Source: a virus
Strand: one strand, 5' to 3'
Virus record (IMG/VR): IMGVR_UViG_3300021490_000002
Location: 1 to 64,000 of that record
DNA: 64,000 nucleotides
Shown: positions 6,338 to 15,472 of the stretch, piece after piece
Layout of the letters: every line of letters starts with the position of its first letter
Numbering within the stretch: position 1 is the stretch's first letter
Notes under the pieces: model-generated
Seen by the model: the letters and a program-made list of their open reading frames with translations, nothing else
What the model was told of the DNA's origin: nothing
The model's database searches: none
Program-made: the position numbers and the translations under genes

Positions 6338-7819
6338 TTAAAGTTCAGCATCATATATATAATATGACCCTACATGAGAAATTGTTGGGTCTGTTCTCAT
6401 AACGACAAGCTTTTTGAAGTGGTTGTAACTATTATCATCCATTATTCTGTAGTAGCGGATACATCTAAGATACTCCACATCAACAGGAATGTTTTCAAAG
6501 TATGTGGCTTCCTCTCCCTCCTCCATTTGTATGTTTTTTATTTTTATCCAATCTCCCGCATATTCAAGGTCTCCTTCTCCTATAACTAATCTAAAGGCCT
6601 CTCGCTCAGTTAATTTGTCTGGTTCGTTCGTAGTGTCTATGGAACTTAAATCAAACGTGGTTGACAATAACTGATAGTTCCCACTACCAGAGTAAGATAC
6701 TGTATTCTCTGCATAAGTAGATTCATCAGGATTTTTGATAGCTACTTTAAAATCTCTATTGACATTTGAGGCCAGCTCAAATGATACCGTAACTTTTTCT
6801 TTCTGGAGGATTAAGTCGTAGGCAAACGTTCCTTCTATCCTTTGCTCCAGAGGAATAACGTTATTAGAAGACCCCTTATTGACAAGCTTTACTCTATAAA
6901 GCAATCCATATTTTTCCCGTTCTGTCATCTCTTCTATACGAATGTGATTAATCTCTTCTGCCGTTAATATCTTTTTAAAGATTCTTACTTGGTCTATCTT
7001 GAAATTTTTGTAGTGCCATTTATTTCCTATATAAAAATAGCCATCATTGTGTTTGAAATTTTCTGATGCCGTAAATTCGTCTGTAAGCTCTCCATCAATA
7101 TATAGCTGGATGGTTTGAAGGCCTACGGTTACCACAATGTGATGCCATTCATTGAATGTTATCCCTCCAGTCGTCTTATATATTCCAATATCTCCGTGAG
7201 TAACCCCATCATTTTTTATAGTAAATTTTGTATTATCATCATGACAAAGCCATAGAGCTGGCTGGCGAGAATTTCCATTATTGTTATTGTTGTCTGGAGA
7301 TAGATGCCATATGCTAATGCTCTTTCCAAGACTTCCATATACATAAATCCAAGCGCTTATGCTTATCTCATTAGTCCCGCCTCTAGCGATTTTGTTGTTT
7401 GTGACCATGTAACTTGTCTCAGGAGCATTATTGTAATCAATACATTCATATAGCATTCCGTCTTCTGTAAAACTTACATCGTGCCCAGTGAGAGGGTAGT
7501 TCCCGCTGAGGTCCAAAAAATCTCTATCTAAATTCCAGCAGGCCAAGCAACTATTATCGTCCAAAATATCTAAGACATAACCAGGGATTATTGTTGAGCA
7601 TTGAATATCATTATCATCAAAGGCCCCGCTTAACCATCTGTCTGCAGTGTATTTTTTATCATTCTTTATTCTAAATAAACTTCCCCGTTGATAAAATCTA
7701 AAGCTTCCATTTATCAGTCTGTTTTTGAACTCAATAAAAGGTAGGTCGTCTAGGCTGGGACCCTCTGCTCGCTTGGTTTCATATAGTTTCCGTGTGAAAG
7801 GGTTATACTTATAAGCCAT
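6338..7819 (-). CDS. Tail fibre/adhesin with LamG domain (paralogue of 4775..6319)
   Basis: Same architecture; likely start MAYKYNPFT at 7819 after GAGGG. Confidence 0.8.
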   Translation of the reverse strand: MAYKYNPFTRKLYETKRAEGPSLDDLPFIEFKNRLINGSFRFYQRGSLFRIKNDKKYTADRWLSGAFDDNDIQCSTIIPGYVLDILDDNSCLACWNLDRDFLDLSGNYPLTGHDVSFTEDGMLYECIDYNNAPETSYMVTNNKIARGGTNEISISAWIYVYGSLGKSISIWHLSPDNNNNNGNSRQPALWLCHDDNTKFTIKNDGVTHGDIGIYKTTGGITFNEWHHIVVTVGLQTIQLYIDGELTDEFTASENFKHNDGYFYIGNKWHYKNFKIDQVRIFKKILTAEEINHIRIEEMTEREKYGLLYRVKLVNKGSSNNVIPLEQRIEGTFAYDLILQKEKVTVSFELASNVNRDFKVAIKNPDESTYAENTVSYSGSGNYQLLSTTFDLSSIDTTNEPDKLTEREAFRLVIGEGDLEYAGDWIKIKNIQMEEGEEATYFENIPVDVEYLRCIRYYRIMDDNSYNHFKKLVVMRTDPTISHVGSYYIYDAEL

Positions 7820-7949
7820 GTTTATACCCTCATTTTTTGCTTGATTCACTTTAAACTATAATCTATTGCTTGACAATAATCTACTTATATCAGTAATATT
7901 GACACAAGTATATAGAACATATAATGATTTTTTTCTCGGAGGATTAGCT

Positions 7950-8690
7950 ATGAGTAAAATTCTGCTTCCTGCAGAAGCGCCTTTAGATTTATACAAGGCA
8001 GCCTTCATATTTTATAAGAAGTATAATCTAAACTTTTGTGACTTTCTTTTTATTTACCCTAACAAACCTTTCACGGTGAGGAATAATGATATTTTACTAG
8101 GTGTAAATATAGAAGTGAACGAAAAAGTTGTCAAACTCAATTCCCTAGAGGAAGCGGTTAGTTATCTAGGAGCATCAGATGAATTTGAATTTCTCTTTTC
8201 CATTCCAGACTCAGTTCTTTTAGGTTTTAGTGTGAAAGACAAAACCCTTACCTTAATAAGATTGTTTGAGTTCTTTTCTACCTACTATAGAAATCTAGTT
8301 AGAAATACGCCTTTGACAGAATTACTTGACAAAATAGACATCGTAAAATATAATAATCTGAAAATAAGTATCCAAAAAGATGGACACTTTATCTCTCCAG
8401 AAGAGCGACTTGTCTTATTCAAAAGTCCTGGAGTGGACTTTTGTATCTTTTATTCCAACGGGACAGTTGGAATACAGAAGAATTTAATTAGAAAGAAGAC
8501 GCCCCTTCTCACACAATTATCTCTGAAGAAATATCTGCCGACCGAATACAATTGGTTTATTCACAGGCGGGGACATCTGCTGGTGTCTAAGTCAAATGTG
8601 AAAGAGGATATGATTGATGTTGTAAGAGAGGCCTTAATTAAGGCCTTGAAAGATTTTAAGCAAGATAAGGAGGAAACTTATGAGGGTTAA
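7950..8690 (+). CDS. Hypothetical protein
   Basis: GGAGGA SD before ATG 7950 (track start 7866 is TTG). Confidence 0.6.
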   Translation: MSKILLPAEAPLDLYKAAFIFYKKYNLNFCDFLFIYPNKPFTVRNNDILLGVNIEVNEKVVKLNSLEEAVSYLGASDEFEFLFSIPDSVLLGFSVKDKTLTLIRLFEFFSTYYRNLVRNTPLTELLDKIDIVKYNNLKISIQKDGHFISPEERLVLFKSPGVDFCIFYSNGTVGIQKNLIRKKTPLLTQLSLKKYLPTEYNWFIHRRGHLLVSKSNVKEDMIDVVREALIKALKDFKQDKEETYEG

Positions 8691-9156
8691 ATATCCAATG
8701 TGTGTTAGTGGAGATGGCATCGGCAAATGGTTTAAACTAAATGCAAACCTGACAATCAAGCCGATGTCTGGAAGATTTATAGGGATGAACTCTAGCAATG
8801 AACTTGTGCTCATTAATGGAAGTACTGGAGGAAAAATCTTAGGCTGGTTAGACATGCCTAACGATGCTCGTGTATATCAAATGTCTGACATCTTTGAATC
8901 TACCCTTCATCCAGATTACACTTATAAGGCTGGCGACCATGTGTTTTTAATCACTCAAGACTTAGGAGACTCTTTGTTTAGAGTTCCTCTTGTCGGTGGT
9001 TCTTTGAGTGATGTTGTAGAGGGCAAGGCAATGGCCTTAGTAGTAAATAGTGATGGCCTACAGGGTATAGACACTTCCTACAGTGGCACAGAGCAGCACG
9101 TAATTATATTTAGTGCTGAGAGTGAGGAAGATATTATCGTGAAACCTATTGTCTAA
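8680..9156 (+). CDS. Putative capsid decoration/cement protein
   Basis: Immediately upstream of the major capsid gene; beta-rich, 158 aa; paralogue at 32353. Confidence 0.5.
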   Translation: MRVKYPMCVSGDGIGKWFKLNANLTIKPMSGRFIGMNSSNELVLINGSTGGKILGWLDMPNDARVYQMSDIFESTLHPDYTYKAGDHVFLITQDLGDSLFRVPLVGGSLSDVVEGKAMALVVNSDGLQGIDTSYSGTEQHVIIFSAESEEDIIVKPIV

Positions 9157-9190
9157 ATTTAAATGAACAAACTACTGGAGGTTATAGACT

Positions 9191-10186
9191 ATGGCTATGA
9201 AAAGAACTGATTTTACTAAATACCTTTTAAAACTTGGTTATGAGGTATTTTGGGATAATTATGATGAAATTGGGTCAGTCTGGGAGCAATTATTTGATGA
9301 AGAAGATACAGATAAGCCCTACGTTGAAAGGATGTCCATGTCTGGACTGGATGACTTAGAGGAAAAGGGCGAGGACGAGCCAATCAAATATGATAAGATG
9401 GCAGACGGTTGGCCAATTCTTGGAAAGGTTAGGACCTTTGCTAAAGGTATCGCTTTCTCTATGGAACTCTATGAAGACACCCAAATTGAGCAATTATTCT
9501 CCCAGGCAGTAGCATCCTGGTCCAAAGCATATACAAGGACTAGGGATAGGTTTTATGCACGCTTCTTTAATGAAGGTGCATTGCTTTCTGGGTCTGATGT
9601 TTTTGATAATAGTATTCCTGGTGTAAAGTTAGACCCGACAGGAAAATTCATTTACGACGGCAAACCTTTCTTTGCTGATGCAGGAAATCCTCATCCATTG
9701 AGGCATTCATCGGATGCAATCGTTAATTATGCACCACTACCTATTGATGAGTCTGTATCTTTGGACGTAGCCACTCAAAATTTAATTGATGTTTACCAGA
9801 AAATGACTATTGACAATGCTAAAGATGAGAAGGGTGATGAGATTTTAGTCACCCCTGATACCATTGTTATTCCCCCAGCACTGAAATTTAGGGTGAACCA
9901 GATATTAAATTCTGACTATTTTCCAAAACTAGATTCCACTCCTTCTGCTATTAACCCATTGAAGGGAATGCTTGATGTTGTTGTATGGCCCAGGTTGAAA
10001 GACCCAACAGGGTGGTTCCTAGTCGAGAGAAAGCGTGGTTTGAAGGCTCTTAACAGGAAAGACGTTACTATAGATGTTTGGGAAGACCCAGAAACAAAAC
10101 AGGTGAAGGCATCTGTAGTATGCAGATTTGGAGGATATGTAGAAGACGTACGTTACACTTTTGGTTGTAACATAGCACAAAGCTAA
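9191..10186 (+). CDS. Major capsid protein (HK97 fold, Mu gpT-like family)
   Basis: WEQLF...MSGLDDLEEKGEDEPIKYD; DGKPFF...HP; PDTIVIPPAL; WFL; RFG; 331 aa. Confidence 0.85.
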   Translation: MAMKRTDFTKYLLKLGYEVFWDNYDEIGSVWEQLFDEEDTDKPYVERMSMSGLDDLEEKGEDEPIKYDKMADGWPILGKVRTFAKGIAFSMELYEDTQIEQLFSQAVASWSKAYTRTRDRFYARFFNEGALLSGSDVFDNSIPGVKLDPTGKFIYDGKPFFADAGNPHPLRHSSDAIVNYAPLPIDESVSLDVATQNLIDVYQKMTIDNAKDEKGDEILVTPDTIVIPPALKFRVNQILNSDYFPKLDSTPSAINPLKGMLDVVVWPRLKDPTGWFLVERKRGLKALNRKDVTIDVWEDPETKQVKASVVCRFGGYVEDVRYTFGCNIAQS

Positions 10187-10198
10187 TAGGAGGTACTT

Positions 10199-10453
10199 AT
10201 GGCAAAGGCTACAGAAGATACGAAACTAAAACCAGGTCAGACTGGGACTCAGGAGTCTAAGCAAAACAACCCACAAGAGTCTGCAGCTAAAAATACTGGC
10301 AGTGGAGAGTCTAGTAAGGCTAAAGATTCGGCAAAGACTAAGTGGGTTGAGGTAAAAGACCCTGCAAAGGCTTTGGCTGCACATAAAGCAGGCAAGTTGG
10401 TTAGGAAGATAAGGAAGGGAATTGGTTTTGTTTATATCATAGAAAATAAATAG
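10199..10453 (+). CDS. Small hypothetical virion-associated protein
   Basis: GGAGG SD; low-complexity N-terminus; follows the capsid gene. Confidence 0.55.
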   Translation: MAKATEDTKLKPGQTGTQESKQNNPQESAAKNTGSGESSKAKDSAKTKWVEVKDPAKALAAHKAGKLVRKIRKGIGFVYIIENK

Positions 10454-10483
10454 CCATACCTCCCTTATCATACAAAACCCACT

Positions 10484-10515
10484 CCCTGCCCCTATGCAGT
10501 TTAGTAGGGGCAGGG
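10484..10515 (+). terminator. Stem-loop after capsid genes
   Basis: CCCTGCCCCTA / TAGGGGCAGGG 11-bp stem. Confidence 0.6.
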
Positions 10516-10537
10516 GAAACAAAGGAGGTATCTTAAA

Positions 10538-11566
10538 GTGTCTATTATAGCTACGGTTGCGCACCCTAAAGCAAACTCTTACTTAAGCTTAGAGGAAGCT
10601 AACGAGATATTTTCTGTCTATCCAGACATAGGTTGGGGAGACTTTTCTGACCTTGAAAAGGAAAATATTTTAAGAGCGGTCACGGCTAAAATAGATACTT
10701 TAAGATATCTCGGAAGTAAGTTCTTTGACAATCAGCCGTTAGAATTTCCACGGAAATATGATGTGCGTGTAGTAACTCCTGTATATTCGTCTATTGTAGT
10801 GTCTGGGATAGAACAAACGTCTTCGTTTTCAGTTGTAAGCCAGAATGACTATACTTACACAATATCGAATCCAGGTTCAGCTACGTTCTTACTCCCAGCA
10901 TTCCCCAAACAAAACACACTCTCGCTAATTATTGTAGATACTGGGGATGTCTATGTGGATGACGGTGCAGGCAATTTGTTAGACGTAGGTAGTGGAAGTA
11001 TAGTTGGTACAGTTAATTATCAAGAGAGGACCATCACCCTTTCTTCTCCTCCAGATAGTGACATACAGGCACATGGGGACTGGATACTTGCAGATAAGTT
11101 ATCATCGCAGGCTTTAGTTTTTGATGTTGCTAAGTTTTTGCCTGATTTATTTAAAGGTGGCTCTATACATATAATATATAATGACGGCTCAAGAGAATAT
11201 TTTGATGTTACAGGTCATAATTTGATGACTGGAGAAGTGACTTTGTCGGGTAGCTATAAAAGGTATCCGCCGACGCATATTATATTGTTTGCTCCCTATT
11301 TTCCTGAGTTAAAGAAAGCCGTAGAGTTGCAGGTGTTGGCTCAGTTAGGCGCTGACATTGCTGACTGGGATTCATTAGAAAATCGGGGAATAAAGTCTAT
11401 AAAAATAGGTGATACTGCCCGCTCTTATTCTGGTGTGATGCCTAATACTTCTAAGAATGCTGCGTTAGCTGCCAAGTATAGGATTCATCCTGTAGTCCTA
11501 ACTTTATTGGCACGCTTTACTATATACGGTAAAATGGAAAGTTTTTATGGAAAGATTTCGGTGTAG
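10538..11566 (+). CDS. Head-tail adaptor (DnaT_2-like N-terminus) with inserted beta domain
   Basis: ANSYLSLEEA...YLGSK...QPLEFPR; ELKKAVELQ...IKSIKIGD; position after capsid gene. Confidence 0.7.
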   Translation: MSIIATVAHPKANSYLSLEEANEIFSVYPDIGWGDFSDLEKENILRAVTAKIDTLRYLGSKFFDNQPLEFPRKYDVRVVTPVYSSIVVSGIEQTSSFSVVSQNDYTYTISNPGSATFLLPAFPKQNTLSLIIVDTGDVYVDDGAGNLLDVGSGSIVGTVNYQERTITLSSPPDSDIQAHGDWILADKLSSQALVFDVAKFLPDLFKGGSIHIIYNDGSREYFDVTGHNLMTGEVTLSGSYKRYPPTHIILFAPYFPELKKAVELQVLAQLGADIADWDSLENRGIKSIKIGDTARSYSGVMPNTSKNAALAAKYRIHPVVLTLLARFTIYGKMESFYGKISV

Positions 11567-11571
11567 TAGCC

Positions 11572-12294
11572 ATGACTGAGTATTATTCAAAAGCTGACTT
11601 TTTTAGAAAGACTTGTCACGGAGTTCTCCAGAAGGCTAGCTGGTGGAAAGAACAAGACCCTGTAATAATACCGATAGAGCAGGGTGTTGGAGTTAAGCTA
11701 AAGACAGATTATACAAAAATATTTTCGTTTGTTCGTGACCATCACTCTGCGTGTGATTACATGAATCACGGAACTTTCTTTGGGTCAGAATCTTTCAAAT
11801 ATGATATTACTGATTATGTTTGGGCACTGTTTGCAATAGGTGGTTACTCTGGATATGAAATTGTTGATTGTTTATTATTAGAAGACGGTCAGTTTTATTC
11901 ATTACCTTATGGGGCTGAAGTTCCATACAAATACATACGACCTTCTGGGATAGGCCTTATTGACCCAGAAAGTTCACCGTATTTATATGGGTTTCAGCGA
12001 TTGGACTCTGTAGCTTTTAGGATAGAGCCTTATTTAGTAGATAATCAGCATATTTACTTTTACATAACTCGTGACCTTACATACTGTTTGGACTCGGGTT
12101 ATTTTTATGAGTTGGTGGTTATTGCACAACATAAAGATTCCTTAGCTTTAACTTATGGTGAATTTAAAAGGTTATCTCCAATGTGGAGAATTTATATGAG
12201 GCCGTTTACAATACCAACATTGGCTTTTTGCCATGATACTCCCAGAGAGTACATGGATTTCTTTGAGAATGTCATTCCTCAGAGAGGTTTATAA
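11572..12294 (+). CDS. Hypothetical virion protein
   Basis: ORF within the neck cluster. Confidence 0.55.
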   Translation: MTEYYSKADFFRKTCHGVLQKASWWKEQDPVIIPIEQGVGVKLKTDYTKIFSFVRDHHSACDYMNHGTFFGSESFKYDITDYVWALFAIGGYSGYEIVDCLLLEDGQFYSLPYGAEVPYKYIRPSGIGLIDPESSPYLYGFQRLDSVAFRIEPYLVDNQHIYFYITRDLTYCLDSGYFYELVVIAQHKDSLALTYGEFKRLSPMWRIYMRPFTIPTLAFCHDTPREYMDFFENVIPQRGL

Positions 12295-12623
12295 TGGCGT
12301 CAAAGACTATAAGCGGTTATACGAGACAAAGGTTTTCGGTTTATCGTAGAGCAGGTGGGGTTTACTCAGACACATCTCTGAGGCCTTTATATGAGAATGT
12401 AGCCTGTAGATTTGTAGAGTATGGGCAAATGACGTATGATAGAACTCAGGAAGTGGAATTGGTAATAGGGAAGGCGCAGGTATGGACTGAGCATGAACTT
12501 CCTGGGGTAAGGAAGGGTGATATTGTAGTTTTACAAAATAGTGATGAATATGTCATTTTAACTATAGAGAGGCGTAGGGATATAACAGGTAAGTTCGACC
12601 ACACTAAACTGATTTTGGCGTAA
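12294..12623 (+). CDS. Putative head closure (stopper) protein
   Basis: 109 aa, beta-rich; NVACRF...VRKGDIV...EYVI...DHTKLIL; position. Confidence 0.6.
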   Translation: MASKTISGYTRQRFSVYRRAGGVYSDTSLRPLYENVACRFVEYGQMTYDRTQEVELVIGKAQVWTEHELPGVRKGDIVVLQNSDEYVILTIERRRDITGKFDHTKLILA

Positions 12624-12625
12624 CT

Positions 12626-13291
12626 ATGGCAAAGTTTTATTCTTCTTTACCAAAAAGATTTAGGAAGAGCATGAGCATAGATTTGAACTTGGGTTTTGAT
12701 GAAGATGAAGTGGAGCACGCTTTAGCAGACCTGAAACTTAAGCTTTATCACTCAGGTTCGTTTATTGCTTACATAGCTGCTGAAGAATACGGCAAAACGT
12801 TTTATAGAAGTATAGTTAAATATCTTCCCACGGCTACTGGATTACTACAGTTATCTGCCACTCCAGTATCCACGGGAAGCTTAGCGGTAAGAGGTAAAGT
12901 AACTCGGACTTCCAGGGGAACGAGTACACCAATATTTGGTTGGTTGAATAAACACTCCTGGAAAACAAGGAAGGCTTATAATGTAGAACTGAATCCAGAT
13001 TTAGTGGAAGTTCAGTTTTTTATCCCTTATAAAAATTGGAAGCGCAGGCCCATGAAGGAATTGGGTTTTTACGTTACTTTTAAACGTGAGGCCTTTGATG
13101 AACCTGATTTTGAGGCTTATGCCATAATGAAAGGTATAGAAAACTATGATGTTGTATCCAATCATTACGAGTTGATAATGGATGCAATAGCTCAGGGAAG
13201 TGCGGAGTTTGAAAGGTTGGCGAATACAGAGGTTTATAAAACGGTCTTCAACAAAGCCGTTAAGTGGATAGAGCGTCATGTATGGTCTTAG
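12626..13291 (+). CDS. Putative neck/tail-completion protein
   Basis: Position; YLPTATGLLQLS resembles the HK97 gp10 P.DTG.L..S motif. Confidence 0.45.
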   Translation: MAKFYSSLPKRFRKSMSIDLNLGFDEDEVEHALADLKLKLYHSGSFIAYIAAEEYGKTFYRSIVKYLPTATGLLQLSATPVSTGSLAVRGKVTRTSRGTSTPIFGWLNKHSWKTRKAYNVELNPDLVEVQFFIPYKNWKRRPMKELGFYVTFKREAFDEPDFEAYAIMKGIENYDVVSNHYELIMDAIAQGSAEFERLANTEVYKTVFNKAVKWIERHVWS

Positions 13292-13304
13292 GAGGAGGTA
13301 GAAG

Positions 13305-13799
13305 ATGAATATTATAGATTATGTAGCTACATATTTATCTAATCTTCCTCCAGACCATCCTATTAATGAAGCTTTTGGGCAGAAGTTGAATTTTTTGATG
13401 GACGACGAATTAAATTTAGATAATAATATCTTCCTATATAGATTTCCTATAACAGAGTATTCAGAGACTACTGTAGATATTGAGGGGGTTTCGGCAGATA
13501 TTATATCTTCAGAGAGGTTTGGAATTTGCTTAATTCCATTGTCGGGAAGGGGCATTAATTTAACCGACTATTCTACTTATCCAGCGTTTCTTTGTCGCTG
13601 TCGTCACAAATTGCCTGGACGGGCGTGGCGGACATTAGAAGAAATAATTTACGAACTTCACGATAATGCTAGGGTTTTTCCCCAGAATGGCGTTATCTAC
13701 TCCACTCAGACTAACCCATCTTTGTTGTATGCAGATAAACGTTTGATTTATTGTTTTCAGGCAGCTTTTAAAGTAATTGTTGCAGAACGAATTAAATAA
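13305..13799 (+). CDS. Putative tail terminator
   Basis: Position before tail tube; 164 aa. Confidence 0.5.
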   Translation: MNIIDYVATYLSNLPPDHPINEAFGQKLNFLMDDELNLDNNIFLYRFPITEYSETTVDIEGVSADIISSERFGICLIPLSGRGINLTDYSTYPAFLCRCRHKLPGRAWRTLEEIIYELHDNARVFPQNGVIYSTQTNPSLLYADKRLIYCFQAAFKVIVAERIK

Positions 13800-13811
13800 G
13801 GAGGGCTTTTT

Positions 13812-15413
13812 ATGGGCATTGTAGCTAAAAATGTTAATTTTTATACCGTAGGCATTCCTTTTCTATTTTTATATAAGGTAGATGATTGGAATGATGAAAA
13901 TAGGGTTGATTGGGCTGCTCTTTGGAGGGCCTACACTGGAGTCGTGGACTATGATTCAGGCCACGTGTTGAATGCAAACTCAATCACCACTTGTAAGACT
14001 CCAGAGGAAATTTTATCTAAAGCTTATGTAGGAAACCTGGCGTCTGCTGAAGTAAGTGGTGATATTAAAACTGTAGAGCACACTGTATCTGTTTTAGGTA
14101 GGAAAGAGACAGATAAGGTTGTGCTTATTAGAAAGGCCATTGATTACAACATCTCATTTGATGAGATGGATGTACATTTGAAAAATTATCTTATCTCTAA
14201 AGATGTAAACTATCCAGACAGGAAAAAGATAGTGGCCAAAACTATCGCCAGAGCTCCACAGGGAGGAGCGGATGACTTTGGAGAAGGCGAAATTGAAATT
14301 ATGGAAAACGCATTGATTCAGGTTGGTGAGGACTGTTCAAGCTTAGAATATGTCCTTACCAGAAGGTTGCGTGACCAGGGCACTCATTTTGGACCTTTTA
14401 CAGACAGTGGAACCGATTATTACTTGGGCGGTATTTTTTACTTCTTAGTTGCTGACAAGGAAAGAGAACCGCAGATAGAAGACGAGTTGGAGAAATATCG
14501 CAGCAGGATAATTTGTGGATATTTCGTTTATGACCCAAACGAGCAACTGATGAAACTCCAACCATTTCCTAGCGGGATGGATACTTCTGCCTACTCTTAT
14601 GAGGATACTACAATCCATAGTAATATCAAAATGTTGGTGAACAAGGCTGAGTCTCCAGTAGGTATTGAAACAAATGCTATAGCTGCAGACAGAAGTATCT
14701 TAGAAGTTTCTGTTGAACATTATAGCTGGGATGTAGATAGTGGTGATACTACTACTCAAGTATTTAGTGTATCTTTACCTCCTGCATTAATGCGTGGGAC
14801 ACTAACTTTAACTATTACTGGAAAGTATTGGGATGGTACTGAGTGGAAAGAGAGGACTGAAGTATTGTATGGCCTTCCAACATCATCTGCTGCCACTGGC
14901 GATACTGCACCTATTGGACTAACTGATGGTACTGGTTCGGTGCTAACTGATTCTACTGCCTGTAGTGTAAACTACAAGACTGGAAATGTAACTTTAACAA
15001 TTAATTCAACTCTGGTTTCCGATATGCAGTCTAATTCTATGCCCACACAGACAATGCAGATAAGCTTGTCTTTTGTATCCAGTGAGAATTCATATATTCT
15101 CTGGACTGGATTGACCTGGGCTAAAGACTCTAAGATGTTTAATTCAGCCAGAGTGGTTCGTCCAAGGCTAGAGATTGAGGGTACGGCTTTGGTAGTGTTT
15201 AAGAATAACGTAGGTGTCTCTTTTGTTCATGTCTTACCCAGAGTTGTATTTAAGCCAGATGGGACAATTGACTTTGCGAAGGATGACTGGGAGAAGGGCT
15301 CTTTTGTAGTATCGGTAATTAGAGATGATACGGCGTTTATTCCTTACTTACCAACTAAGGTTAGAGTGCCTTTTGGCTTTATTAACACTTTTAGGATTTA
15401 TGAGGAAGAGTAA
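13812..15413 (+). CDS. Tail tube protein 1 (with inserted domains)
   Basis: YTVGIP; YVGNL...VEH...ETDKV...ISFDE; LPRVVFKPDGTIDF...W. Confidence 0.65.
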   Translation: MGIVAKNVNFYTVGIPFLFLYKVDDWNDENRVDWAALWRAYTGVVDYDSGHVLNANSITTCKTPEEILSKAYVGNLASAEVSGDIKTVEHTVSVLGRKETDKVVLIRKAIDYNISFDEMDVHLKNYLISKDVNYPDRKKIVAKTIARAPQGGADDFGEGEIEIMENALIQVGEDCSSLEYVLTRRLRDQGTHFGPFTDSGTDYYLGGIFYFLVADKEREPQIEDELEKYRSRIICGYFVYDPNEQLMKLQPFPSGMDTSAYSYEDTTIHSNIKMLVNKAESPVGIETNAIAADRSILEVSVEHYSWDVDSGDTTTQVFSVSLPPALMRGTLTLTITGKYWDGTEWKERTEVLYGLPTSSAATGDTAPIGLTDGTGSVLTDSTACSVNYKTGNVTLTINSTLVSDMQSNSMPTQTMQISLSFVSSENSYILWTGLTWAKDSKMFNSARVVRPRLEIEGTALVVFKNNVGVSFVHVLPRVVFKPDGTIDFAKDDWEKGSFVVSVIRDDTAFIPYLPTKVRVPFGFINTFRIYEEE

Positions 15414-15417
15414 TGGT

Positions 15418-15441
15418 GAAGGGGGTATTAACATCCCCTTC
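15418..15441 (+). terminator. Stem-loop between tube genes
   Basis: GAAGGGG...CCCCTTC. Confidence 0.45.
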
Positions 15442-15472
15442 CTGTTATAAACATAAGAGGAGGTAAATTGAT

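Noticed and set aside
4775-7819. Diversity-generating retroelement or invertible fibre switch
   Set aside because: No reverse transcriptase or recombinase in the window, no adenine-specific near-identical template/variable pair, and no flanking inverted repeats seen.
7860-7930. Consensus sigma70 promoter for the structural operon
   Set aside because: Two TTGACA boxes are present, but spacing to TATAAT is 15 nt and the alternative -10 is weak; not called.
13812-15413. Tail sheath / contractile system
   Set aside because: The size would fit, but it is clearly paralogous to the next tube gene; no sheath or baseplate-wedge motifs were recognised.
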